Of a DNA stretch of 64,000 bases, positions 1 to 13,381 are shown in pieces. Source of the stretch: Octopus sinensis (taxonomy: Eukaryota); the NCBI RefSeq assembly GCF_006345805.1, contig NC_043006.1, forward strand, positions 105,710,001 through 105,774,000, given 5' to 3'. The notes under the pieces were generated by a model, which was not told the DNA's origin, ran no database searches, and worked only from the letters and a program-made list of their open reading frames with translations. Both the position numbers and the translations under genes were made by a program. Each line of letters opens with the position of its first letter. Positions within the stretch are counted from its first letter, which is position 1.

Positions 1-240
1 CTGTCCTTGTTTGTCCCCTCTATGTTTAGCCCCTTGTGGGCAATAAAAAAATAAGAATCGTTAGAATGCTTAACGGTACTTCGTCCGTTTCTACGTTCTG
101 AATTTAAATTCCATCGACGTCGACCTTGCCTTTCAACCTTTTCGGGGTCAATAAAATGAGTAGCAGTAGAACACTAGGACTGAAGTAATCAACTTACACC
201 CTCTACCCCAAATCATTAGCTTTTTGCCAAAATTTGGAAC
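1..240 (+). mobile_element. SINE family A (GAGCTGGCAGAATCGTTAGC type), partial composite copy
   Basis: Shares the CTGTCCTTGTTTGTCCCCTC and GTCGACCTTGCCTTTCA..TTTCGGGGTC blocks with the copies at 56596-57175 and 44050-44432. Confidence 0.75.
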
Positions 241-372
241 CAATATTAGTTTCAACCGGGCCAACCTATCAGTAAAAACTGAAGCTCTGGTCATCAGGAA
301 CTGCCAACACACATCAATATATGCTACATTAGCATTAGTGGAGATCATTTCCCGTAGCACAGGATCCCCCTC

Positions 373-405
<33 letters not shown>

Positions 406-711
406 TGTATGTATGTATGTATGTATGTATGTATGTATGTATGTATGTATGTATGTATGTATGTATGTATGTATGTATGCATGTATGCGTATGTGTGTGT
501 GATACAGCTATAAAAAACAGCATGTAAAATAGCATGTAAGTATTCGGTGAAAAATCCCTTTTGGACAGAAAAATCTCAGGCGGCCTTCGACGTTTTGCAC
601 CACAAATGCTTTTGCAACCCAATATTTACAATCTGTTATTTATAGCTTCATGCGATGTGCTTCGACAACCATTAATAAGAAGGAAAGAGAAGAAAAAAAG
701 AAAAATGTATA

Positions 712-960
712 TGGCGTAGTGGTTAAGAGCGCGGTCTACTAACTCCAAGATTCCAAGTTCGATTCCAGGCAGTGACCTGAATAATAATAATAAGAACAAT
801 AACAACAATAATAATAACAATAAAAATAATAATAACATCGGAAAAATACCTTAGGTTCGAAGTTTCCCCAGGACACCTGATGAAGACTGGAGAGTATATC
901 AGCCGAAACGTTGTTCTAACAACAAACAAGATGACAAATATCCGTCAAATTTAAATAATG
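712..960 (+). mobile_element. tRNA-headed SINE (family D) with (TAA/CAA)n linker and hammerhead-like tail
   Basis: A-box TGGCGTAGTGG (712), B-box GTTCGATTCC (757-766), then CTGATGA (877-883) ... GAAACGTT (905-912). Confidence 0.65.
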
Positions 961-1063
961 TACACGTCCCAAATATAGAACTGTAGAACAAAATTATTTT
1001 TAAGAGTTAATTTTATTCTTAAAAGTGCCTTTACACGCGCGTGCACACATATATATGTATATA

Positions 1064-1132
<69 letters not shown>

Positions 1133-1175
1133 CATACATACATGTATGTATTTATCTACATACATACATATACAT

Positions 1176-1214
<39 letters not shown>

Positions 1215-1268
1215 CATACATGTATGTATTTATCTACATACATACATAATACATACACACACACATAT

Positions 1269-1318
<50 letters not shown>

Positions 1319-1325
1319 TACATAC

Positions 1326-1394
<69 letters not shown>

Positions 1395-1406
1395 CACACA
1401 CACAAA

Positions 1407-1680
1407 GGGTAACGGCTTCTTCGGTCATGAATGACCATAGGATTGTACCTAGAAAGTTCCCCGCCAAGGCACAAGTCCGGGCAAGGTTATTTATGGAAGA
1501 CCATCAGTCGCCCATGTATACCTGCCCCACCTCTCTCCACGCCACCGATCTTATCCAAGAGAAAGGCAAAAGGGGCCGACACCGCTTCGCACCAGTGACG
1601 TCGCAACTCATTTTTACAGCTGAGTGAACTGAAACGACGTGAAATCAAGTGTCTTGCTCCAGAACACAACAGACAGCCGG
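1407..1680 (-). mobile_element. SINE family C, 5'-truncated
   Basis: Reverse complement matches 36208-36465 (GAGCAAGACACTTGATTTCAC...GGATAA.ATCGGTG.CGTGGAGAG...CTTGCCCGGACTTGT). Confidence 0.8.
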
Positions 1681-1920
1681 GTCCTCCTGCATGTTTAACA
1701 GTTGGAAGAAGGCAGTCGGGGTCAAATGCTTCTCTTGGCTGTCTCCACACGTATACTCGGCCGGGGTCGGAAGTAAGATAAAGGATGACTCCTCCTGAAA
1801 AAATAACATTCTTCTACTGCTCTAGGGACCAATTCCGTAGGTTTTTACTCCACTCTAAACGCTTTGCAACGTTTGCTTTTGAAAGTAGTGATTTTCTGAT
1901 TGCAGCCCTCCCGTGAAATC
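1681..1920 (-). mobile_element. Tc1-like transposase fragment (decayed)
   Basis: Frameshifted translation FHGRAAIRKSLLSKANVAKRLEWSKNLRNW..EQ*KNVIFS.ESSF...GRVYVWRQPREAFDPDCLLPTVKHAGG, the Tc1 DDE N-terminal signature. Confidence 0.85.
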
Positions 1921-2390
1921 GAACTCACTACCTCATGATTCCGAGTCGTTTGCCGTGCCCTTTGAAAAGCTATCTCATCACTCCAAGCGATGCGGGCATC
2001 CCTAGTTGGATGTGATTTAAAACACGATTTCATCAGCTATCTCTAGTATGTTAAGGAACCACCTAGGGTGCTTCCCTTGTTAGCTGGTTGTTCATAATAT
2101 TAAGGATGATGATACTATGACAGGGCAGAGGTGACCTGCAATAAAGACGTCTGCTGAGGACAAATTTCTCGCTTCACCACCATCGAGTGTTGCCATGTTT
2201 TTCCTCTCACCTCTCTCACTTCTTTTATTCAATTCGGTTTCTTTCTCTTTCTTTTTTTATTCATTTTATTACACTTTTATTTCATTTTGTTTTGTTGGTT
2301 TTTTAAAATTTTGTTTATTGCCTGTAATTTTTATTTATTTCATGATTCTTAGGGTTTTTTTGGAAGAAACGCTGGGGACGGCCTTTTTAC

Positions 2391-2456
2391 CAAATGCCCG
2401 GATGTCTTCACGCTCCTTAACAATTAGTCTCTTCTCCTGTTCTCGGCTACGTTTTC
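2391..2456 (-). CDS. candidate 66-nt internal exon, product unknown
   Basis: TTTCACAG acceptor and GTAAAA donor; length a multiple of 3; one open frame KRSREQEKRLIVKEREDIRAF. Confidence 0.3.
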
Positions 2457-2578
2457 CTGTGAAATATCTTCATGTCCATTAAAAGGAATGGAGAAAAAGA
2501 GAGATAGGAAGAAAGAGAGATAGCTGGAAAAAGAACAGTTAGAACGGTAGATAGATTGATGAATAGATAGATAGATGG

Positions 2579-2637
<59 letters not shown>

Positions 2638-2860
2638 GGTGGAAAATGAATATCGATAGATAGATAAATAGAGAGAAGAGGAAAGAGAAAAGTAAGCTGT
2701 AAAGAAGTAATGAAGAAACGGATAAATGTAAAAAGATAAAGATTTTGAAAAATAAATAAATAAATAAAAAGAAACCGAGCTGAGTGAATTGGTGAAATGA
2801 AATGCAAAAGGTGCGAGAATATGAACGAATGAAGGAGGAATGAGTTGGTGAAGGAATGAG

Positions 2861-2901
<41 letters not shown>

Positions 2902-3045
2902 TGTGTGAGTATGCTTGCGCACGTTTCTGTGTGTGTATAAATTTGCAGTGAAAAAGAAAGGACTGAAATAGAAGAGAAATGCATTATTATTATTATTATT
3001 ATCATTATCATCATCATCATCATCATCATTCTTCTTCTTCTTCTT

Positions 3046-3076
<31 letters not shown>

Positions 3077-3240
3077 ATGGGTGAGAGAGCTGCGCATATC
3101 ATTGTTCCTCTTAGTAGTAGTAGGAGTAGTAGTTGTAGTGATGGTGGTGAGAATTAACAAACGATGAGAAAATAAAGAGGAGGAGAACGAGAAGGAGAGA
3201 GGGAAAGAGAGAGATAGAGATAGAGATAGAGAAAGAGGAG

Positions 3241-3305
<65 letters not shown>

Positions 3306-4121
3306 GACGGTAAAATTGAGGAGGTGCATACATAAGTTTTAGCAGGCGTTAGGGGTCTCCGTTGTATAATAGCTGCCTTGGTTGGCTTTATGTGTTTAAG
3401 TAAGGTTTTCTTTTGTGTTTGCAATCGACATTGTCGTAAGCGGTCATTGCGACAGAACAAAATGTTATAAGGGGCTGCACTTCCCGTCGTTCTGAACAAT
3501 ATTCTTTTTTTTTGTCTTGTTTCAAAACTTTTATTCTATTTCTTTTTTATTATTTCCCCATCTATCCCTTTCTCTTTCCTTCTCCCTCTCTTTATTTCTG
3601 TCTCTCTGTCTGTCTGTCCCTTATCCACAATAGTTTTTAATTAAAGCTCCTTAGAGCCAACCTCTTAAAAAGTAAAGCGGAAGATGGCAGCCGGTATAAA
3701 AAAAGGGGTCAGAATGTAGTCCTATATAAAGAAATTGAGAGAAAGGAACAGGCATGGTTTTGCGTTTGTATGCATGGAGTGGGCCTGTGTATGTGTGTGT
3801 GTTGTGTGTGTGTGTGTGTGTGAGTGTGTGAGTGTGTGTGTGTGTGTGAGTGTGTGTGTGTGTGTGAGTGTGTGTGTGTGTGAATGCGAGCGTGCGAATA
3901 CATATGTGATGCATGTGGCGGTAAGAAAAATTATGTACATTATATACGTGTGAGAATGTTTGGGTGGTGTGTATATACATACATACTTACATACATATAT
4001 ATATATATATATATATGCATATATATAAAATTATGTATATATGTGTGTGTGTATATATGTATATATATATGTATGTATATATATGTATATATATATATGT
4101 GCAAGTGTATGTATATATATC

Positions 4122-4153
<32 letters not shown>

Positions 4154-4196
4154 TGTATGTATGTATGTATGTATGTATGTATGTATGTATGTATAC

Positions 4197-4266
<70 letters not shown>

Positions 4267-6905
4267 GTAATTGTTCTGTATATGGGTTTATCAATTCACG
4301 TGCATGCAAGAGTGTGTGTGTGTATGAGCACACACTTAAACAGAGGGGTCGAGTGAAGCACTCCAGCGGGGACTGTTGAATCGAAGACACGGTTTCGAGA
4401 TGTCAATAAGGATGTTGAAGGAAAATATAATTGCTATGATGATAATGATGACGATGGTAGCGGCAGTGGGGGATAGGAAGAAGAAGACGCTGGTGATGCT
4501 GACAATAATAATAATGATGCTGACGATGATTACGATGTTGATGGTGATTGTAGTGATACTTACAATAATGTCGATGGTGCAGGAGTTGACGGAAAAAAGT
4601 AAGAAAGGGAAGAAGTAGAAGAAGAAGAAGAAGAGACGGGAAATGAAAAAGAAACGAAATATGCGTTTACCGAGGAATATATTTTCAACAAATATATACA
4701 TACACAGATACATCATGGATATATTACTCGCACATACGTACACATATATGAGTATGTGTGTATATATATATATATAATATAAATATTATATTGTGTGTGG
4801 TGTGTATATATATATATATATATATTATATACACGTATATATATATATATAATATATATATATATATAATATATATGAATATTGGTACCCATGTGTATAT
4901 GTATATTAATATCTATGTGTGTGTGTGTGGTAGGCAGACAGGTAAGTAAAGTTGGTAGGCAGGTGGGTAGGTATGTAGGAGTATAAACGAACGGCAGAAA
5001 GTAGCGCCGAGAAGATGTAGTTGGAGTTTTGATTGTTTATAGCAAGTAGACTCAGTACTTTATTACTTAAACACACATAGACGCGCGCGCACACACACGT
5101 GCACACACACGTGCACGCACACACACATACACTCACGCACGCACACAATACATTAACACATACACACACATACTCAAACAAAGTCGTGTTAATCGTCAAT
5201 TTATAGACTATACATAACACTATTAGATCACTAGAACAATTTTATCCAATTTGTAAATTCCCCAATCCACCAAAAAATGAAGTTCGGATACTCAGGGAAG
5301 GCGTATTAAATTCTATAAATACAAAAATAATGCTCGAAAAATCTAATTTACCACGATGGAAATGCATCAGTGCCACAAGCAAATTCATTGGAAACTAAAG
5401 AATCGCAGAACCTGAAATATTACAGACAGTTGTCCCATACACGGGCGGAGCTGAAACTTGCAGGGTATGTTTGATTGAGAAATTTCAGATATTTTGACAG
5501 CAGCTAGTGATATTGTTGAACAAAAGATATGAGATAATATTACCCTGTCGTCACTGAAAACTATTTCTCCTGCATACTTCCATCCATTTGGAGAACCCGC
5601 TGTATTTGTAAAACCATCGAAATCTGCATACTCAGTTTTAGTGTTTCAACCAGTTAGCGGCATCAGTATAAACCGGGAGTGGCACTTCATACCCGCTGGT
5701 GGATCTCCCAAAATGTAAATCAACTAATGTTTAACAAAAATAAAACCATTTATCACAATGGATTTTACTTTTGGCGTGAAAATGCGTGCAACACGGAAAT
5801 AATCCCCATCAAACTCCAGCTCAGTTTACTCGTCCTGTCGAAAGACGCCTGTCTGTGACGTCCTGCTTTTGTTATTATTATTATCATTATTGTTTTTACT
5901 TATTTTTGTATTCATATTCGTGTAACATCGTCCGTTTTTCCGTCTTTGTTTTGTATACATTCTAAGCTTTCATCCAATGAATCTAATGCGCTTAGATTAG
6001 ATTTTCCTTGGGGCTGGCCAGATTGGAGCAATCTCAAGTTTAATCAGCCGAAATTGCGAGGATGATCCGGTTCTTGACTGAAGATTGATGGCTTCGAATG
6101 TCACGTCCGTGTTTTTTTGTATCGTCTTCTAAATGTTTTATGTTCTTGTCCCAGTTTGTATTTTTTACACACACACACACACACACATATACTCTATATC
6201 ATGTACTGCGTATTCTTTCGTTTGTAAACAAATTCATTTATGTATCTACGTGTGTATATGTTTGTGCATGTATGTGAGTGTGAGCCTGTGAATATAGGTG
6301 TATCTGTCCGTGTGTGTTTGTGTGTTTGTGTGTCCCAGTGTATGAGTAAGTATGTATGTGTATTACACGATGCAGAAATCCCAAACCCAGGTTTCTGAAT
6401 CGTGAAGAAAATACTGGAATTGTGGTGGCGGTGGTTATTGCGGTACCAGTGATTGATGGTATACTACATGAGGCACACGTATAATGTTCGTGCTGTGGTA
6501 ATCATACATAGTCATGAATCGTAACTGCGATGTCATCACCATCGCCACCACCACCACCACTGTTACCACCAGCACCAGCACCAGCACCAGCACCACCACC
6601 ACCACCACCACCGCCACCACTGCCACCACCACCACCACTGCCACCACCACTGCCGCCGCCGCGGAAATAACAACGTTACCATGGTGCCATAGCTGACAAT
6701 AAGAAGGAATGATATTGGGGGTGGGTGTATCGATGTTGGTGGGTGAATAGAGAGTGTGACATTGTTGCTGTTTGTGTTGTGTCCATAAGTTCGGTACCGG
6801 TAAAAACCCTGTCGCAATATGCAAAATACAAGTATCATCTCTCAGAAATTAACTATAAACAAGCAGTACGGATGTATGTGTGTATGTATGTATGTATGTA
6901 TGTGT

Positions 6906-7220
6906 GAGGGCGCGTGGCTTAGTGGTTAGGGCATTCGGCTCATGATCGTAAGGTTGTGAGTTCGATTCCGCGACGCGTTGTGTCCTTGAGCAAGACACTT
7001 TATTTCACGTTGCTCCAGTCCACTCAGCTGGCAAAAATGAGTTGTACTTGTATTTCAAAGGGTCAGCCTTGTCACTCTCTGTGTCACGCTGATTATCCCC
7101 GAGACTACGTTAGGGTACACGGGTCTGTGGAATGCTCAGCCATTTGCACGTTAATTTCACGAGCAAGCTGTTCCGTGATCGTATCAGCTGGGACCCTCGT
7201 CGTCGTAACCGCGGAGTCTT
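6906..7220 (+). mobile_element. SINE family C, near full length
   Basis: A-box TGGCTTAGTGG, B-box GAGTTCGATTCC, GTGTCCTTGAGCAAGACACTT core; (TATG)n on both sides. Confidence 0.85.
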
Positions 7221-7223
7221 TTA

Positions 7224-7627
7224 ATGTATGTATGTATGTATGTATGTATGTATGTATGTATGTATGTAGTCTGGTATGTATGTATGTATATGTATGTATG
7301 TATGCATGTATGTATGTATGTATGTATGTATGTATGTATGTATGTATGTATTGTATGTATGTATGTGTGTATGTATGTATGTATGTATGTATGTATGTAT
7401 GTATGTATGTATGTATGTATGTATCTATGCATGTATGTATGTATGTCTGTATGTATGTATGTATGTATGTATGCATGTATCTATGCATGTATGTATGTAT
7501 GTATGTATGTGTGTATGTATGTATGTATGTATGTATGTATGTATGTATGTATGTATGTGTGTATGTATGTATGTATGTATGTATGTATGTATGTATGTAT
7601 GTATGTATGTATGTATGTATGTATGTA
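7224..7627. repeat. (TATG)n microsatellite, ~400 bp
   Basis: Direct reading. Confidence 0.95.
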
Positions 7628-7860
7628 CAGATAAAATAGAAACATCTGACTGGTGCCTCACTATAGTATATTCATCCTGGTTGGTTTCCAGACACTTGAA
7701 AGTTCTACAATTGTTAATATCTGGCCCCGAAATATGGTTATTAAGCGATAGTGGAGTGGGGGGGGAAACAAAGATACAAAAACACACACACACACAACAC
7801 ACACACACACACACACCACACACTCACACACACTCACACACATACGCATTTCAGGATTTT

Positions 7861-7973
7861 TTCAAATCCACTGACAAGGCTGTAGAAGACGCCGAAGTTG
7901 TCACGCAGAGGGAGTGAACCTGGAACCATGTGGTTGGGAAGGAAGCTTCTTACCACACAGCCACGCTTGCGCC
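7861..7973 (-). mobile_element. SINE family B, 5' part
   Basis: GAACCATGTGGTTGG...TTACCACACAGCCAC..GCGCCT, shared with other B copies. Confidence 0.75.
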
Positions 7974-7981
7974 TCTGTGTA

Positions 7982-8030
<49 letters not shown>

Positions 8031-8032
8031 AA

Positions 8033-8150
8033 TCACGTGATCACGTGACCGACCAGACCATCAGATGTTGTTACACATCGCTGGTCACAATACGTTCGCA
8101 TTGTTTTAGCCTTCGAATGACGCCACCCCGCTGGCTAAGCGAGCAGGCCA
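8033..8150 (-). mobile_element. SINE family C 3' segment
   Basis: Reverse complement resembles 50030-50142 (CGCTTAGCCAG.GGGGTGG...GGTCGGTCACGTGATCAC). Confidence 0.65.
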
Positions 8151-8170
8151 ATATATATATATATATATAA

Positions 8171-8760
8171 TTGAAGTTTTTGTGTGTGTGTGTACAAACA
8201 TTTAATGTACCTCAATAACTTCTACATCTTTCATCCGATTTCTTTAAAATTTTATACACAACTGCTTCATAACCCAGACCCGAACATAGGTTACTTAGAA
8301 TTTAAAAAATCGATATTGGGACTTTTAGAGCGATGGGAAACCAACAATAAATGATTCCTATTCATTTGCATTAATCAGTTATTTTATGATCTGTAGGGTC
8401 TTCAAACTTTTTTTTTTATAAAAGTGAAAGGGTTTTTGTCTATTTCCACTGTCCACCAGCGTCTGTGATTAAACTGATTAGGAACACTGAACGCATACAT
8501 TTCCACAATTCTCAACCGATTTTCATCAGACTTTACACAAACATCACTTATGTTCCAAGGAAGGTCATGCACTAAAATATTTTGCCAGAGCTCCCGCGTA
8601 AATGGGCCTAAATGGACATAGTTTCTTTTGTATGTAGGGTCTACCATACTTTTTAAATCTTTTTATACAAGTGAAAGGATGTTGTCTATTTATTTATTTC
8701 GCCTGTCCACTACCATGGTGATTAAATTGACTAGGAACACTGTACGCGATGAATATCCAA
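8171..8760. repeat. diverged ~235-bp tandem units, resembling non-autonomous Helitron/HINE internal repeats
   Basis: TGTAGGGTCT...AAGTGAAAGG..TTGTCTATTT..CTGTCCAC...GTGATTAAA.TGA.TAGGAACACTG recurs at ~8396 and ~8634; family assignment is inference. Confidence 0.5.
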
Positions 8761-10092
8761 TACCGAACAATCTGAATCGCCATATTGAAACTGCATTAAA
8801 CTTCGGCAAGCTTACCTTTACCTATTCTGAGTTACTTGAAAGTGATGCTCCCTTCCCTCTCTTCTATTTGTTGATACCTTTGTTTACCTACCAATGCATT
8901 GTTTCAGTTTAAGGATGTTTATTTACCCATCCATTATGATACTTTGACTGTTGTCCATTGTCTCAAATACGTTTTAGCATTGTCGTTCTAGCCTTTTTTA
9001 AGCATCACATGATTCGTCCCAAAGAATCAACCTTTAAATATGAATTTTGCTTTCACTGGCGAAAGCCCCATACCACTTTAACTTAATGCTGCATTCGCTG
9101 TTATTTTATGCGCAGGCTATGTGGGAAGACAGAATAAAGAGGCATTTGTTAGCTTATCTCTCCGACAAAATAGCTCCCTTTGCTGTTGAAAAAAAGAAAC
9201 TCGCAGAGGGGAAGTTTCAACCTCTTCCTTCAATTTCTTTACACCATTTATGGTTTCGCTTTCATCTGAAACAACTATATATTGTAGTCATTATCCGTAA
9301 TCGACTCCCAAAGCACTTCAGCAACGCTACTTTGCATCGCTTGCAAATTTATATGTTCTATGATCATTAAAGTGCAACAACCACCACAATAACCAGCCTT
9401 CAATTTGATTTTCCGTTCCTAGGATAATCGGGAACATAGATTGCCGTACTATTCACAAATTATTTGGTGAAAAAAATATTGCCAAAGCAACTTAAACCGC
9501 TCAAAGGACGGCTGCGTTTGCTAGTATATACATGCATACATACACACACACACACACACATACCACACACACATACACACATACACACACATATATAAAT
9601 CTGTGTATATATACATATATATATATGTATGTATCTATGTATATATGTATATATATGTATCTATGTATATATATAATATGTATATGTATGCATTCGTATA
9701 TATATATATATAATCCGAATTTAGGAAATGGAGTAGATAAAATGCCGGTTACCTATTTTTCCTGGCTAGCAGAACCTTTGGTTAATTACTACTTCCGAAG
9801 TTCTGCTGGCTAGAAAACATATGTAGCCTGGATTTTATATTCTCTATTCCCTACAAGTGGAATTTTACTTGCATACACAGCAACCCCAGTTGCTAACCGT
9901 AAGCTATAAAATAACTTTTTTTAGCTTATAGAACTTCAATATGGGAAAAAATTACAACCTTCTGCGTCAATAAACCACTATTGTTCCTGAAAGTTGGTTT
10001 TTACACCTTCTACGGACTGTTCGAAGCTTTCTAACTCCCTACGCTTTGATTCTTGGATCTTACTTTCACACACACCACACACACACACACAA

Positions 10093-10128
<36 letters not shown>

Positions 10129-10227
10129 CACACTTATACGTATTTATATGTGTCTGTGTTTTTTTATAATATATAGACGCATACATTTATGTGTATATCT
10201 ATCTATATACCTGTCTGTCTGCCTGCC

Positions 10228-10266
<39 letters not shown>

Positions 10267-10300
10267 GTCTGTCTGTCTGTCTCTGTCTCTCTCTCTCTCT

Positions 10301-10364
<64 letters not shown>

Positions 10365-10434
10365 ACCAAAGTAAGCACATAAAGGTGGGAAAAAACAGTA
10401 CTCGAATACGTGAGGTAGCATAGTAGGTTCGTCT

Positions 10435-10478
10435 AAACTGTCCGATGAACGGGAACGTGAAACTCTGAGTAGCAGTTT
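10435..10478 (+). ncRNA. minimal type-I hammerhead ribozyme motif (U4C variant)
   Basis: Stem I AAACTGT/GCAGTTT, core CCGATGA, stem II ACG-GGAA-CGT, GAAA, stem III CTC-T-GAG, TA cleavage site. Confidence 0.6.
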
Positions 10479-10503
10479 TTTGTGATATTTTTGTGTAATA
10501 AAC

Positions 10504-10573
<70 letters not shown>

Positions 10574-10609
10574 ATATATATATAGTAATAAACCATATAT
10601 ATATATAGG

Positions 10610-10765
10610 GAGGGTTTATGAAAAAAACAAAAGACGAAGACAGGTGGTGTACAAAACAAACATACGTATTAGTATAACGTCAGGAATAGAAAAAGTCTTT
10701 TACGGTTCGGGCCTACGCTCTTCTACAGAAAGGTACACAAAAAACAAGGAGAGAAAAAATGTGTA
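10610..10765 (-). mobile_element. short repeat with degenerate hammerhead-like motif (Penelope-LTR-like)
   Basis: Reverse complement matches 47215-47360 (CCTTTCTGT.GAAGAG.GTA...CGAA.C.T.AAAGACTTTT...ACACCACC.GTCTTCGTCT). Confidence 0.6.
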
Positions 10766-10798
10766 GTGGCTAATGATATGTATATATATTATATATAT

Positions 10799-10842
<44 letters not shown>

Positions 10843-10869
10843 CATACATATATATGTTCTTATTTTTAG

Positions 10870-11110
10870 ATTTCTCGCCAATGGAGAAAGACCTGTTTTT
10901 TTAACCAAGATCGAAGTCGCCATCGAAATTTCAACAACATAGGATTTTTATCCTTATATGTGTGTATATGTGCAAGGGTTTGTCATGCACAAATCTGTAT
11001 GTTTTGTTTATGTATATTTACTCATGCATATAGATGCGTGTATAAACTCTTGCATATGTACTTTTCTGTCAGACTTTTGAAAAGTCTTACAGATTTTGAC
11101 AATTCAATTG
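10870..11110 (-). mobile_element. R4/Dong-type LINE 3' UTR fragment
   Basis: Similar to 16055-16360 (TGTATAT..CTCATGCATATAG.TGC, GAAATTTCAACA). Confidence 0.55.
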
Positions 11111-11243
11111 TCTGTCTATGTCTATGGACATATGTATGTACATCTCTCTGTGTGTGCATATAAAGATAGACGAAGAAGCTTCTTCATTTTTCCCCAATGT
11201 TTTCTTTTCAAATTATTATATCATATTCAAGAATAAGGATGTA

Positions 11244-11455
11244 AGCTGACAGAATCGTTATGGCGCCTGGAAAAATGCTTAGCGGCATTTCTTCCGGGTC
11301 TTTTCCTTTTAAGCTCCAACTTTCTAGTAGTGGTAGACTTTGCATTTCATTCTTTTGGAGATTGATAAAATGAGTACCAGTTTAGCGCTGGGATCGATAT
11401 AATCAACTTTCTTCTCTTCTGAAAGTTGCTGGTCTTGTTACAAAATTAGAAAGAA
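11244..11455 (+). mobile_element. SINE family A, diverged
   Basis: AGCTGACAGAATCGTTA...AAAATGCTTAGCGGCATTTC. Confidence 0.7.
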
Positions 11456-12086
11456 TTATATTATGTTTTAGATTTTGTTGCAGTTTTTGCTGTTATTTTT
11501 CTATATTTTTTTATTGTATTTTCCATTTTTTTTATTCGACCACTCCTCGCACAATGCATTGCATTCTATGTAAAGTCAGGTAAACTTCGTTTAACTTAAT
11601 TAATATAATTTTTGCTGGTTGAAAGATGAAGGAGAAACAAGCGGGTAGCGGACTGTTGCGGCAGAGGTCTGTATTTCCTTTGCTTCTTTTTTTTATAATG
11701 TTTTTCTTTTTGTGTTTTTTGTTGTTTTAATGTTTCGTATTTATTTTTTGTGTCGTCGTTGTCATCGTGGTGTTGCTGTTGTTGCCTTTTTATGGACAAA
11801 AACCACCGATTGTAACCGTTAATGTTTTAACAGGACGCTTTAGAAGAAATCAAAGAACTATAAAATAAGGTGGTGGTTTGATGAACACTTAGAGTGTGAG
11901 CATCGACAGCGGAGCGAGCTAACGCATTTTCGTAAACACAGAGGACGTATATATATATATATATATATATTTATATACACACACACATATATATATACAC
12001 GCGCACACACACACATATATATACATGCATACACATACACACATATAGATACAAATGTATATGTATGTGTATGTGTATATATATAT

Positions 12087-12124
<38 letters not shown>

Positions 12125-12894
12125 ACAGCATGAAAATATTAAAACTAAATATATAATAGTAACGTAATAAAGTAAAATGAAAATGGCGGAAGAAAACATA
12201 CAAAATAACTCCGCCTTCTCCCCAACAAATAAAAGAGCCAAAAATAAAGACAAGTAAACAAACATGTAAACAAGCGAATAAACAAAGAGAAATTGCGGAT
12301 GATAATTAAAAGATAAGGACCTAAACCCGATGGTTTTAACCATCAAGGGATGGCTCGGATATAAAATGCAATAAAAATGATTGTTCAAAAGTAGTTGGGT
12401 ATTGTAATATGAATGCTGGTATTAATGTAAGGACGGGTGAGCTTAGACCAATTTTCTGTGATCAAGACGAAAGAGATTTAGCAGGAAGTAATTGAATGGT
12501 GAAGTGGAGCGTGTAGAATAACGCAACACAAGAAAACAAGAAATCGGAGGAAAACAAAAAGGAAAAAAAATATGAACAAATTAAACGAAACAAAATGCGA
12601 AGAAATGATCTAAACAAATAAATAAACAAAGCCCATCCCTTCGTGATAAAACAAATAAAAAGTGAACAACAAAAATAAGCAAATGCGCACATACATATCG
12701 AAACACATATATAGATACACACATTCATACATGCATACACACACTCATACATGCATACACACATATACGAATACATGCATACACGCTCAACGCCACAAGC
12801 GTACAAACAGGCAAACAGATACCATTCATTCGGACACATAATTCAGACACGTACTCTTGCGTGCGTACACACATACATGCATACACACATGCAT

Positions 12895-12936
<42 letters not shown>

Positions 12937-13036
12937 AACACAAACACAAACACGGAGACAGTCAAACTTTCAAACGTACGTGCGACACACAGAGACCCAA
13001 CGACGGCAAGAACTATAATTACATTACTATATTACC

Positions 13037-13107
<71 letters not shown>

Positions 13108-13122
13108 TACTACTATTATTAC

Positions 13123-13207
<85 letters not shown>

Positions 13208-13336
13208 ATAGTTGTTGTTGTTGTTGTTGCTGCTGTTGTTATTAGTTGCAGTAATTAATAATGATAATACAACGCCCCAATAATGAAGACAATAATGATG
13301 ATGATGATGATGAAGATGATGATGATGATGATGTTG

Positions 13337-13381
<45 letters not shown>

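Noticed and set aside
712-780. Possible tRNA genes at SINE heads (here and in families B and C)
   Set aside because: A- and B-boxes are present but there is no complete cloverleaf, and each continues into a repeat body
3332-3491. Minus-strand exon adjacent to the 2391-2456 candidate
   Set aside because: The acceptor lacks a pyrimidine tract and its phase does not join the next candidate exon
6070-6105. CTGAAGA...GAATGTC as a hammerhead
   Set aside because: GAAA is incomplete and neither stem I nor stem II pairs in this copy
8780-9450. Short ORFs 8628-8912 and 9047-9370
   Set aside because: No recognisable motif in any frame
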